Assembly: GCA_047601445.1 (NCBI GenBank)
Contig: JASGJH010000001.1
Location: forward strand, 5,457,620 to 5,521,619
Origin: Myxococcales bacterium
GTDB taxonomy: Bacteria; Myxococcota_A; Polyangia; Polyangiales; DASUME01
Direction: 5' to 3'
Length of the DNA: 64,000 nt
The first letter of the stretch is position 1. The number at the start of each line of letters is the position of its first letter. Of this stretch, positions 29,639-40,100 are shown piece after piece. A program made the translations under genes and the position numbers. The notes beneath the pieces are model-generated. The model was given only the letters and a program-made list of their open reading frames with translations, was not told where the DNA came from and did not search any database.

Positions 29639-30706
29639 ATGGACGAGCTGATTCACATCGATGGTTCGATCGGCGGCGGGCAGGTGTTGCGTAGCGCGCT
29701 CTCGTTGAGTGCGCTCACGGGCAAGCCCTTCGTCATCGAGTCGATCCGGATGCTGCGCGAGCGGCCCGGGTTGATGCGACAGCACCTGACGGCCGTGCAA
29801 GCGGTGGCCCGCATCTGCGGCGCGGAACTGCGTGGCGCAGAGCTCGGCTCGACGCGGCTCGAGTTCCGTCCGGGCCCTGTGCAGGCCGGGGACTACGAGT
29901 TCCCCATCGGCTCGGCGGGCAGCGCTTGCCTGGTGTTGCAGACCGTGTTGCCGCCGCTCGCCGTGGCGGGCGGTGCGTCGCAGCTGGTGTTCGAGGGCGG
30001 TACGCACAACCCGCTGGCGCCGCCCTACCCCTTTCTGGACCAAGTGTTCTTGCCGATCTGGGAGAAGCTGGGGCTGGGCGTGGAGCGTGAGCTCGTGCGC
30101 GCGGGCTTCTACCCGGCGGGCGGCGGGCGTTTCCGCGTGCGGCTCGAGCCGGTGGAGCGCGTGTCGCGGCTGGATCTGCTCGAGCGTGGGAGCATGCGGC
30201 GCATCTGGGCCGAGGCCTCGGTGTCGAATCTGCCGATTCACATCGCACGGCGCGAGCTTGAGGTCGTCAAGAAGCGCTTCCAGCTGGACGATGCGGATCT
30301 TCTGCTGCGCACGCCCGAGGCTTACGGGCCGGGCAACGTGCTCACCATTTGCGCGGAGTTCGAGCACGCCACGGAGATGGTGGTTGAGTTCGGGGCGCCC
30401 AAGCTGGCCGCGGAGCGATTGGCCGAGCGCGCAGTGCGGGCCCTCGGGCGCTACCTGGCGAGCGGCGCCGCGGTGGGCGAGCACCTCTCGGATCAGCTGT
30501 TGGTTCCGCTGGCGATGGCCGGTTCGGGCAGCTTCTCCACGCTCGAGCTCACGGAGCACGCGCGCTCGAACATCTCGGTGATCGAGCGCTTCATGCCGGT
30601 GAAGTTCCAGGTGGAGAGCGAGTCGCAAGCACGGACGCTGGTGAAAGTGCACCCGATGTTCGAAGCCAGGGATGAACAAACTGGGACCGACGTGATCGCG
30701 AGCTGA
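29639..30706 (+). CDS. rtcA: RNA 3'-terminal phosphate cyclase RtcA
   Basis: IDGSIGGGQVLRSALSLSALTGKPF, LMRQHLTAVQA, FPIGSAGSACLVLQTVLP, FYPAGGG. One nucleotide separates it from the rtcB stop. Confidence 0.93.
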   Translation: MDELIHIDGSIGGGQVLRSALSLSALTGKPFVIESIRMLRERPGLMRQHLTAVQAVARICGAELRGAELGSTRLEFRPGPVQAGDYEFPIGSAGSACLVLQTVLPPLAVAGGASQLVFEGGTHNPLAPPYPFLDQVFLPIWEKLGLGVERELVRAGFYPAGGGRFRVRLEPVERVSRLDLLERGSMRRIWAEASVSNLPIHIARRELEVVKKRFQLDDADLLLRTPEAYGPGNVLTICAEFEHATEMVVEFGAPKLAAERLAERAVRALGRYLASGAAVGEHLSDQLLVPLAMAGSGSFSTLELTEHARSNISVIERFMPVKFQVESESQARTLVKVHPMFEARDEQTGTDVIAS

Positions 30707-30824
30707 GTCCGAACTCCGCGCGACGAGAATGACCTTCCACGTGCTCCTGCGCGGGCGCGGCGGGCGCGGTGCGTCCCGTGCTCTTTGACAAGCGAAGTCT
30801 TGCCTCCGTTCTTTGGTGGACGTG

Positions 30825-30901
30825 GTGTAGTGGTCTGCACGCTTGGTTGTGGCCCAGGCAGTGGTGGGTTCGATTCCCCCCGTTCACCCCATGCAGCGTA
30901 C
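30825..30901 (+). tRNA. tRNA-His(GTG): tRNA-His (anticodon GTG) with encoded G-1 and 3' CCA
   Basis: Cloverleaf folded by hand. Acceptor gtggacg/cgttcac, D-arm gtgt-agtggtct-gcac, anticodon stem cttgg/ccagg with loop ttGTGgc. T-arm gtggg-ttcgatt-ccccc has one U-C mismatch. Discriminator C, CCA, extra 5' G at 30825. Confidence 0.85.
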
Positions 30902-31040
30902 GAGAGTACGCTGCAGTTCGCGCGCCTCGCCCGTCGAGGGAAACGCGGCCCGTGTGCATGCGGCGAGTCATCCCTCGCGGCATCTGCAGGCGGGTTTCGC
31001 AGGGACGCGCGATGCGCGCATTTCGGTGCGCTTACCTATG

Positions 31041-31100
31041 GGTCGAGGGTTCGATTCCCTCCCGCGGCGCAAGCTCGGTAGCTCAGTGGTAGAGCAATAG
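31041..31100 (+). other. tRNA-like fragments: 3' T-arm/acceptor piece followed by a 5' D-arm-like piece (not a foldable complete tRNA)
   Basis: gaggg-ttcgatt-ccctc + ccgcggc-g is a perfect T-arm plus acceptor 3' strand with no matching 5' strand upstream. It is directly followed by agctcggtaGCTCAGTGGTAGAGCaatagg, a canonical D-arm, but no compatible anticodon or T-arm follows. Confidence 0.4.
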
Positions 31101-31448
31101 GCAACCATGGGCCTGCGTTCACGCGCAGGCGGCCAACCTCGGCCAAGACGTGCGCTGGCCGCTTCTCATCTCTCATGGTGAAGCGGGCGCGTCCTCCCGG
31201 GAAACGCAGAGCGCAGCAGCGCGCGAGCCAGCCAGCCATGGACCGCTCGCGCAGCCCCGCGCTCCGCCATTCCCTGCGGACGACGCGTTAGCTCAAGGCA
31301 AACGACGACCTCACGAGCCCTCGCTGACGCTTGCTGCGTCTAGAGCGCTGGAGGTCCTCCGCCGCCGAGCGGCTCGCGTGCGTCGCGGCCATCTATGTTC
31401 GCGCTCTCTGGGAGAGAGCGCTCGAAACGCTGAAAAAGGAGCGTCGTC

Positions 31449-32552
31449 ATGTACTGGTACAAGGTTCTGCGTGTGAAGTTGAACGAACGCGTCGTGCTGC
31501 TCGACGACGGGCTGCCACTGCGTGCCCTCGGGCCGGGTCGGCACCGCGTGTGGGGAAGCCGCTTGACGGAGGTGCGCTGGAACCTGGACCAACTCGTGTT
31601 CGACGCGCTCCCCGAAGTGCGCGCGATGTTGCCCGCGGAGTGGTTCGAGGAGGTCGCCCTCCGAACGCGTGAGCGTGGCGTACTCTTCAAGGACGGGCGT
31701 CCGCAGGTCTATTTGCGGCCTGGTGTGCACCGCTTCTGGAAGACCGAGGCCGGGATCACCCTGCGCGTCTTCTCCACGGACGAACCCATGCCCGAGCTGA
31801 GCGAGGAGCTCTTGAAGCTCATTCCGGCCCACGAGTACACGCGCAAGACCATCGAGTCCTACGAGCGCGGTCTCCTGCTGGTGAAGGGTGTGCTGCGCTC
31901 GGTGCTCGAGCCCGGGCAGTATGCCCTGTGGTCCACGCCCGAGGACCCGGCGCGCATCCTGAGCGTGGACATGCGCACGCAGCAGGCCAGCCTGGCGGCC
32001 CAGGAGCTGATGACCCGCGACAAGGTCACGCTGCGACTGACGCTGACGGCCGAGTACGCCGTCGAGGATCCGGCGCTGGCCCACCAGGCGGTGAGCGATC
32101 TGCGAGACCACGTCTACCTGCAGACGCAGCTCGCGGCGCGCGACTACGTGGCCAGCGTGACCCTCGACGAGCTGCTGGAGGGGCGTGAAGAAATGACCCG
32201 CTATCTCGAAAGCGAGGTGGTGCCGCGCGCCGCGAAGGCGGGCGCACGCGTGCGGCGCATCGGCGTGAAGGACGTGGTGCTGCCCGGCGAGATGAAGGGG
32301 TTGCTCAACCGCGTCATCGAAGCCGAGAAGGCGGCCATGGCCAACGTGATCCTGCGGCGTGAGGAGGCTGCGGCCACGCGGCTGTTGGCCAGCAGCGCGC
32401 GCATGATGGCGGACCAACCGGTGCTTCTGCGGCTGAAGGAGCTCGAGACCTTGAAGGAGATGGCGAGCCAAATCGACGAGGTGCGGCTCGTGGTGGGGTC
32501 CGATGGCCTCGAGAAGCTCTTGCCGGCCCAGCTGATCGGCGCCGGGCGCTGA
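31449..32552 (+). CDS. SPFH/band-7 (stomatin/prohibitin/HflKC-like) domain protein
   Basis: Central SPFH-like block (VTLRLTLTAEYAVEDP...VSDLRDHVYLQTQLAARDYVASVTLDELL...RIGVKDVVLPGEMKG) then a coiled-coil tail (IEAEKAAMANVILRREEAAA). Confidence 0.65.
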   Translation: MYWYKVLRVKLNERVVLLDDGLPLRALGPGRHRVWGSRLTEVRWNLDQLVFDALPEVRAMLPAEWFEEVALRTRERGVLFKDGRPQVYLRPGVHRFWKTEAGITLRVFSTDEPMPELSEELLKLIPAHEYTRKTIESYERGLLLVKGVLRSVLEPGQYALWSTPEDPARILSVDMRTQQASLAAQELMTRDKVTLRLTLTAEYAVEDPALAHQAVSDLRDHVYLQTQLAARDYVASVTLDELLEGREEMTRYLESEVVPRAAKAGARVRRIGVKDVVLPGEMKGLLNRVIEAEKAAMANVILRREEAAATRLLASSARMMADQPVLLRLKELETLKEMASQIDEVRLVVGSDGLEKLLPAQLIGAGR

Positions 32553-32582
32553 ACGGGGCTTCGTGCCGCGCGAACTCCTCGC

Positions 32583-33449
32583 TCACTCCGGGCGCTGCGC
32601 GAGGCCCCACTTCGCGATGGCGGCGAGCGCCGACTCGCGGCTACCGAACACGGCGATGAAGCGGTTCTTGTGGCAGAACCTGGCGTCAGGCACGCCGACT
32701 ACCTTGGAGAGCTCCTCGTCGACCAGGCCGGCCCAGGCCTCCGGCAGCGGACGCTTCTTATCGAAGCTGTCGTGCTCCGGCGGGATGGCCACGAGCTGCC
32801 AGCGATCGCCCTCGGGGAAGAGCGCGTAGTCCGTGGGGTGTTGCGCGCCGCCGAACTCGAAGTACGCGCGCTTCCACTTCAGGTGGCGATCGAACGTCAT
32901 GATGCGGGTGTGGTCGCGCAGCGCCTGATCCATGGCCTCTTTCACCGCGGCGCGCGCGAGCTCGGTGCGCAGCTGAGCCTGGCGCAGGCCGCGCAAGATG
33001 CCCTCGCACAACTGAACCGCTTCGGCGTAGCGCTCGTCGAACTCGCCACTACTCTCGGCCTGCTCGCACAGCGCGCCGACCACACTGGGCAGACACGGCA
33101 CCCCTTCGTCGGGCTTGCGGCGGCCGTTGTCCACCGCGTCGATGTAGTCCACCCACTGCTCCCGCAGCTTGCGCGCGAGCGCGAGATCGACCCGACCCTC
33201 GCTCTCGAGCCAGCTCAGCACCATGCCAGCCGACGAGAGCGGGCCCGTGTATTCGCGCTGGTGGTGATCGAAGCGACCGCGCGCCGCGTCGTACTCCCCG
33301 CCCACGTCGATCGCGATGTCGGCCTCGGCAATGCGCGCGAGATCGCGGGTGCGCACGAAGCGCAACGCGGGGTCGAGGAAGCAACGCAGCAGCGCTCCCG
33401 CGAAGACGTCGTCACAGTGAAAGGGGCCTGAGTGCGTAGCGACCAGCAT
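32583..33449 (-). CDS. MYG1/UPF0160-family metal-dependent hydrolase (3'-5' RNA exonuclease homologue)
   Basis: N-terminus MLVATHSGPFHCDDVFAGALL matches the MYG1 signature (..THNGTFHCDEALA..). About 289 aa. Start at 33449 confirmed (cat 33447-33449). Confidence 0.7.
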   Translation of the reverse strand: MLVATHSGPFHCDDVFAGALLRCFLDPALRFVRTRDLARIAEADIAIDVGGEYDAARGRFDHHQREYTGPLSSAGMVLSWLESEGRVDLALARKLREQWVDYIDAVDNGRRKPDEGVPCLPSVVGALCEQAESSGEFDERYAEAVQLCEGILRGLRQAQLRTELARAAVKEAMDQALRDHTRIMTFDRHLKWKRAYFEFGGAQHPTDYALFPEGDRWQLVAIPPEHDSFDKKRPLPEAWAGLVDEELSKVVGVPDARFCHKNRFIAVFGSRESALAAIAKWGLAQRPE

Positions 33450-33557
33450 CGCCCTGCTGTAGAGCAATCCTCGCCCCTGACAAGTCTTTTGTACGGCACC
33501 CACCCTACCGCGAGGTTCGCTGCGCTCACGCTGTGCGCCCGGTGCCCGGGTCGGGCG

Positions 33558-34004
33558 TCAGCCGGCGGCTTTTTTGGCGACCTCGTGGGCCGGCGACACG
33601 CCACGGTTGGTGGCGAGCTCACGCCGCGCTTCCTCGAGTACGCGCTCACCCTCCTGGAGGGAGCTCACCACGACGGTCACGTCGTCGCCGGGCGACGCCA
33701 TCCGCGCCACGCGCGACGTTTGCAATCGCTGCACCGTATCGTCCGACAGATGCGCGCAGCGCACACAGCCGTGCTGTCGCGCATAGCCAATCTCGGCTCC
33801 CAAAACGGCCGCCACGTCCGGGTGGGTCGGCTTCATGCCTCGCATGTCCGCGAGTACGAGATGGGGCCGGTCATGAAAGCTGTCGGTTGCCTTACGGTAC
33901 TCGGCAGCCCAGTCGACCATGTCTTCCATGGAGAACACACCCGCCATCTTGACGTACACCGTCATGCGGGCCTTGTCCGTGCGAATTTCGGATTCCTTCT
34001 TCAT
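33558..34004 (-). CDS. Hypothetical small protein (149 aa)
   Basis: Start MKKESEIR at 34004 (cat 34002-34004). Coding-like composition. No confident family match. Confidence 0.4.
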   Translation of the reverse strand: MKKESEIRTDKARMTVYVKMAGVFSMEDMVDWAAEYRKATDSFHDRPHLVLADMRGMKPTHPDVAAVLGAEIGYARQHGCVRCAHLSDDTVQRLQTSRVARMASPGDDVTVVVSSLQEGERVLEEARRELATNRGVSPAHEVAKKAAG

Positions 34005-34162
34005 GTCCCCGCGTGCCTCTCCCACCGGTGAGCGACATGACCGCGCGACTCGCCGAAAGCCCTGCGATCGGACTCGGATCGTAACTCCGTTCCCTCGGCA
34101 GAGTCTATGCGTGTGTTTCCGAATTGGGAGCGCGCACCGACAACACCACTTGCGCTTACTGG

Positions 34163-37100
34163 CTACGACGAGCGCGCCCCGTCGAGCAGGCGGCGCACCG
34201 TGGCGCGCAAGGTGTCGGCGTTGAGGGGCTTCGCGACGCACTCCACCGAGGGGCCCATGTCGCGTCCGAGCGTGACGGGATCCGAGTATCCGGAAATGAG
34301 CAGCACGGGCAGCGCGAGGTTCACGCGCCTGAGCTCGTCGACCAGCTCGTAGCCGCTCATGCCCGGCATGACCACGTCGCTGATCACGAGGTTCGGCGCT
34401 TCGCCCGCGCGCTGAACCAGACGCAACGCCTCGAGCGGATCCCGCGTGGTGAGCACGCGATAGCCGTCCCGTGCCAGCACCTCGCGCACCACGGTTCGCA
34501 CGCTATCGTTGTCCTCCACCACCAAGAGAGACTCACCACGCCCGAACTGGCTCTGCGTCTCGGACCGCGGCGCCGAAGTCTGTTCGCCCTGTGCGCCCGC
34601 GCGCGGCTCTCCTGGCACGCTGTCCACGCGCGGCAACAGGATGTCGAAGCGGGTGCCCTTGCCGACCTCGCTGCTTAGCTCCACGCGACCGCCGTGCTGC
34701 GCCACGATGCCGTGCACGGTGGGCAGGCCGAGCCCCGTCCCCTTGCCCACCTCCTTGGTAGTGAAGAACGGCGCGAACGCGCGCCCCATGGCCTCCTTGT
34801 CCATGCCGATGCCGGTGTCACTGACCCGCAAGAGCACGCAGGGCCCGCTCTGCCCCTCGCCCTGCGCGCCCTTGGCATCCGACACCTCCGGCAGCAGCAC
34901 GTTGCGGGTCTCGAAGGTCATGCGCCCACCGCGAGGCATGGCGTCGGCCGCGTTCATGGCCAGGTTCATCAGCACGCGCTGCATCTGGGCGGGGTCCGCA
35001 CGCACCTGGCCAAGGTCCGACGCCAAGTGCAGCTCGATCGCGATGTTCTCACGCAGCACGCGCCGCAACATGCGCTCGAACTTGCCGAGCTCGGCGTTCA
35101 GATCGAGGATGTGGGGCTTCAACACCTGCTGACGTCCGAAGGCCAGGAGCTGCTTGGTGAGCTCGGCCGCCTGCTCGGCCGCGTCCTTCACCTGCGTCAC
35201 GTGTCGGCGTACGGTGGAGTCCTCCGGCAGCGCCTGTTGAGCCAGCTCTGCGTAGATCAACATCGGCGTGAGGAGGTTGTTGAAGTCGTGGGCGACACCG
35301 CCGGCCAGACGGCCGATGAACTCGAGCCGCTCCGCCTGATGCAGCTGGTGCTCGAGGCGCGTGCGCTCGGCTTCGGCGGCGCGTTGCGGTCCGATGTCCT
35401 GGAAGGCGGCCATGGCGTAGCGAATGGCGCCATCCTCACCGAGCACGGGCGTGCCCCAGACGGCCAGTGGCACCACCTTGCCATCGATGCGGATCTCGAT
35501 GTCGTCGACCATCGAACGCTCCCCGCGCAGCGCCCGCGCCAGCGGCGTGCGTTCAGTCGGATAGGGTTGGTCGGTGCCGGCCACGTAAATACTGTAAGCG
35601 CCGAGCGTGTCACCCGGCCAGCCGGCGTCCTCGTTGACCACGCGCAAGAGCTCGCCCGCGCGCCGGTTGGAGAAGGCATGGCGGCCCTTGGCGTCCACCA
35701 CGTAGACGCCCACGGGCATGCCTTCGAAGAACTCTCGCAGCAGGGATTCGCTCGAGCGCAGGGCCGAGTTGAGCTTCTGAGTCGCTTCGAAAAGCTGGGC
35801 GTTCTCCAGGGAGATGGCCGCCTGCGCCAAAAGAACCCGCAAGAGCTCCAGGCGCTCCTCCGTGAACACTCCGTCCGCGAGCGAGTTCTCCAGGAACAGC
35901 AGGCCCGGCACGTGGTCACGGTGCCGTACGGCCATGCACAAGATCGACTTCGAGTGATGGAACACCACGTAGGGATCGGCGGTGAAGGGGCCGACCTGGC
36001 CTGCGTTCTCCAGGGCGACGTCCTTTCCGGTGCGCAGCGTGTAGCGGACGATGGCCTGCGACACGAGGGTGTCGTCTTCGAGGGGCGCGTCTTCGCTGGC
36101 GAGGCGCAGCTGGCTGCTCTGAAGGTCCAGGTGAGCCCGCACGCGGAACTCCCCCTGGCGAGACACGAGCAGGGCACCCCGCTGGGCCCCGGAGGCCTGC
36201 ACGATCACGTGCAGCATGCGATCGAGCAAGACCGGCATGGAGATCTCGCTGGCCAGCGCCTGCGAGGCGCGTAGAGCGCTCTCCATGTCGAGCGACCAAG
36301 TCGGGCGTATCGCGGGCCCAGGTGACGCAGTGTACTCGAGTTGGACCTCGTCGAGCGCCCTCACCTTTCCGAAGGCCCCCCAGCGCTGGTAGGCCTCGCG
36401 GGCAGCCCGCGAGAAACCGCGGGCTACGTCGGTGTTGCCACGGCGTGCGTGGGCGCGCGCGGTGAGCTCGAGCGCGAGAGCTGCGTGGTGGGGGTAACCG
36501 TTCTCCGTGGCCAGGCGGATCGCTCGCTCGTAGAACTCGGCCGCCCGTACGCGACGGCCCTCGGCCTCGGCGAGCTCGGCCTGGACGAGTGCGTAGCGGT
36601 GTTGGAAGTTCACCGGCGCGCTCTCGGCCCATTGCTTCAACAGCGCGAGCTTCGGCTCGAGCAATGCCTCGATCTGCGCGCCCTCGAAGGCGGGATCGGA
36701 GCGCGCCTCCACCAGTGAGAGACAGACCAGGAAGGTGTACTCACTGAGCCGGAGGTTCGCGGCGTTGGCCTCCTCGATCAGCGAACCCGCCTCCAGAAGG
36801 ACGCGCACCACCTCGCGATGGGCGCCGAACCAGGCGTAGGCCGTGAGCTTGCAGAGGAAGAGCTGGCCGCGTGCCGGCACCGAGTCGCGCTCGCGGATGT
36901 GCTGCCGTAGTTGCTCCTCGCTCAGGTCGTCCGTGCTCAGGCTCAGGCGCTCCAAGGTCTGACCGCGCAAGCAGCGCACGAGCTGCCGTAGCGTGCGCAG
37001 CAGGAGCAAGCGCTCGTCTCCTCGCAGCGCGCGGATCTCGCGCTCTTGGTGCTCCGCCTCGGCGCATACCTCCTGCAAGGGCTCACCGAGCAAGAAGCGG

Positions 37101-40100
37101 AACTCGGGGACCCAGGAAGCGCCGAAGCTAGCGAAGAAATAGTCTCCGCTCTGAAGTCCCATCTCGATGCCGCGCTGGACGATCGGAAGCGAGCTGCGGA
37201 TGTGGTTGCCGACGAAGGCGTTGGCGCAAATGGCGAACAGGACGTGGACCTGGCCACGATAGGCGAACGCGTCGGGCCGCCGTGCGAGCGCAAGGCCCAG
37301 CTGTCCGTAGGCATAGGCGCGCTCGTAGTCGTGCTCCCGGGCCACCAAGTATCCGCTGTAGCCCGAGCAGAAGGTGGCCGCCACGGACGTCAGCCCATGG
37401 CGCGCCGCGAGGCGCATGCCCTCGTGGGCGAACCAGAAGAACAACTTGCGGTCCGCGATGAAGGCTGGCGCATGCAGCTGGCTCATCAACTTGAGCACAG
37501 CCACTTGCTGGGGGTCGGTGGCGTCGCGCTGCTTCGCGAAGCGCTCGATGCCCATGGCGCGCAACACGACTTCGGTCTTCACCTTGGTCGTCACCAAGGG
37601 GACGTTGCTGCGGAGATCGGGGATGGGGTGACCGAGCGCCGCGAGCACCTCGCGACCGAGCTCCACCGCGCGCGCGTAGTTGCCGCGGTTGGTCTCGAAG
37701 CCGATGCGGATGGTCTCGAGCTCGGCTCGCTCGAGTACGCTGCGCAGGCCCGGGGTCATCTCCTCCAGGAGACGCCCTGCGTCCTCGAAGCGCCCGGCCA
37801 GATAAGCGCACTCCACGCGCCCGCGCTGCAGCGCGAACCACAGTGCGTAGTGCACATGGGCGGGGTCGCGCGCCCCCGCCCTCGCCTGCAGGGCTTCTAG
37901 GCCCGACTCGTGGTAGCGCAGCCCTTGCTCGTAGGCCGTCCCGCTACGAGCGCGCTGTCCTGCCTGCAAATTGAGCTCTGCCAACGAGAGTTGCTCACGC
38001 GGATCGTCGATCAGCGCGACGCCGCGGTTGAGATGATCGACGATGTCGAACACGGCGTCGACGTCGGGGTCGCTGTCGGCCGGGCTCCTCCGATCCCGCA
38101 TGACGCGCCCAACCCGGAGATGCAGGGGCGCTCGTTCGTGCTCCAGCGGCGCGGCGATCTGCTGCAGACGATCATGGCGAAAGCGATAGTGGTAGTTGAC
38201 GCCTTGTTGCGTGACCGGCGCGCTCACGTCGACGAGACCCGAGGGATAGCGATCCTCGAGGGCCACGATCAAACGCTCCCGGATCGCGGGTGCCAGGCGG
38301 GCGCGCATGTCCTCGGACGAGGTGTCCGCGGCGGCCGCGATCAGCTGCAAGTCGAACTGATTGCCTACACAGGCCGCCAGCTGCAGTGCGCTCTGCGTGG
38401 CGGGCGGCAGGCGCTGGAGCTTCTTCGCCATCAATTCGGCGAGACTCGCGGTGATGCCCAGGTCTTCGACCTCGCGCAGATCCCAGGTCCAGCGGCCGTG
38501 CTCCGCCGAGAAGCGCAGCAATTTGTGTTCGTAGAGCGCGCGCAGGAATTGGTCGATGTAGAACGGGTTCTTGCCGGTGCGTTCGGCGATCAGCTCGGCC
38601 AGCGCCTCCACCTCCACGTCGTCGCGATGCAGGGTGTCTGCGACCCAGAGCTGCACGTCCTGCTGCGTCAGGCCAGACAGCGCGAACTGGCGTACGTCGA
38701 CCACCTGACGCTCGAGTTCGGCGAGCAACGAGCTCAGGGGATGGTCTGGCGATACCTCGGAGGCGCGGTAGGCACCGATCACGAGCAGCGCAGGCGGTTC
38801 CGGCAAGCGCAGGAGCGCCGACAGCGCGTGCAAGGTGGCAGCATCGGCCCACTGCAGATCGTCGAGGAACATCACCAGGGGTCGCTGCGGTCCCGCAAAG
38901 ACCGAGAGGAACCTGGCCAGCGTGAGGTCGAAGCGATCCTGAGCCTGTACCAGGGAGGTCTCGGGCACTTCGGCCTGGGGCCCGACGATCTTCTCGAGCT
39001 CTGGCACCAAGCCCACGATGAGTCCTGCGTTGCTCGAGGTGCGCTCGAGGATCTCCCGACGGTAGCGGCTGAGCTCGTGCTCCGGCAGCGAGAGCAGGCA
39101 GCGGCAGAGCTGGCCGAGCGCCTGGGCCAGCGCCGAGTACGGGGCGTTGCGGTGGACCTGATCGAACTTGCCCGACACGAAGCGACCGCCTCGTTTGAGC
39201 GTGGGCTCGCGCAGATCCCCGATCAGGGAAGACTTGCCCAAGCCTGGGTCTCCGCTCACGAGCAGCATCGTTTTGTGGCCCGTCACGGCCGCGTCGAGCG
39301 CCCCCAGCAGCGCAGCCCGCTCGCTGCTGCGGCCGTAGTGGCGCTCGGAGACCACGAAGCGCTCCGGCAGGTCGTCGACCCCGAGCGCGAACGGCTGCGG
39401 GTTTCCCGAACGCAGGCGCCACAGACACTCGTCGAGGTCCACCACGATGCCGCGTGCGCTCTGGTAGCGCTCGTCTGGACTCTTGGCCAAGAGCTTCTCC
39501 ACCAGCCGCGAGACGTGCTGGGGAATGCGCGGGTCGAGCTCGCTGAGCGCAGGCGCCGTGAGTGCAATGTGCGAGTGGACCATCGCCAGCGCATCCGATG
39601 ACTCGAAGGGAGTCCGCCCGGCGAGCGCGTGATAGAGCACGGCCCCCAGGGAATAGAAGTCCGAGCGGTGGTCCACGCCGCGGTGGATGCGTCCCGTGTG
39701 CTCGGGCGAGATGTAGGCCAGCGGCATGGCGTGCTCGTCGAGCTCGAGCGGCGGCGTCTCGCATCCGTCCTTGCCCTGCTGCGGCAGCTGCACCGCCCAG
39801 GCAAAGTCCACGATCTTGGCGGTCCAGAGCTGCGTGTTCACCACGATGTTGCCGGGATGGATCGCCCGGTGAACCACGTCCTGGCGGTGGATTTCGCTCA
39901 GCCCGAGCGCCACCTGTCTCGCGAGGTGCAGCGCGCGATCCGACTCGAGCGGTCCGGCGCGCAAGAGCTGCGCGAGCGAGGTATCGCCGAAGGCTTCCTC
40001 CACCAACGTGACGCGGTCGCGCTCGTGCTTGACGGCCAGGTAGCGCACCACATGGGGCGAGCGAATCGACTTGCCGATGGTGTACTCGCGCTCGAGCCGC

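Noticed and set aside
29465-30679. 404-aa minus ORF
   Set aside because: Antisense to rtcA (and the rtcB 3' end). Arg/His-rich with no motifs.
31041-31140. A second intact tRNA gene after tRNA-His
   Set aside because: No cloverleaf could be folded by hand. The T-arm/acceptor 3' piece lacks a complementary 5' acceptor strand within 80 nt upstream, and the D-arm piece lacks a compatible anticodon stem or T-arm. It is kept as tRNA-like fragments (finding) rather than annotated as tRNA.
31311-33431. 386-aa minus ORF opposite SPFH and 253-aa plus ORF opposite the MYG1 homologue
   Set aside because: Shadow ORFs. The SPFH and MYG1 readings contain family motifs, these do not.
37910-39764. 563-aa plus and 530-aa minus ORFs inside the giant kinase gene
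   Set aside because: Alternate or antisense frames of the 2029-aa signalling protein, whose domain order is continuous and motif-rich.
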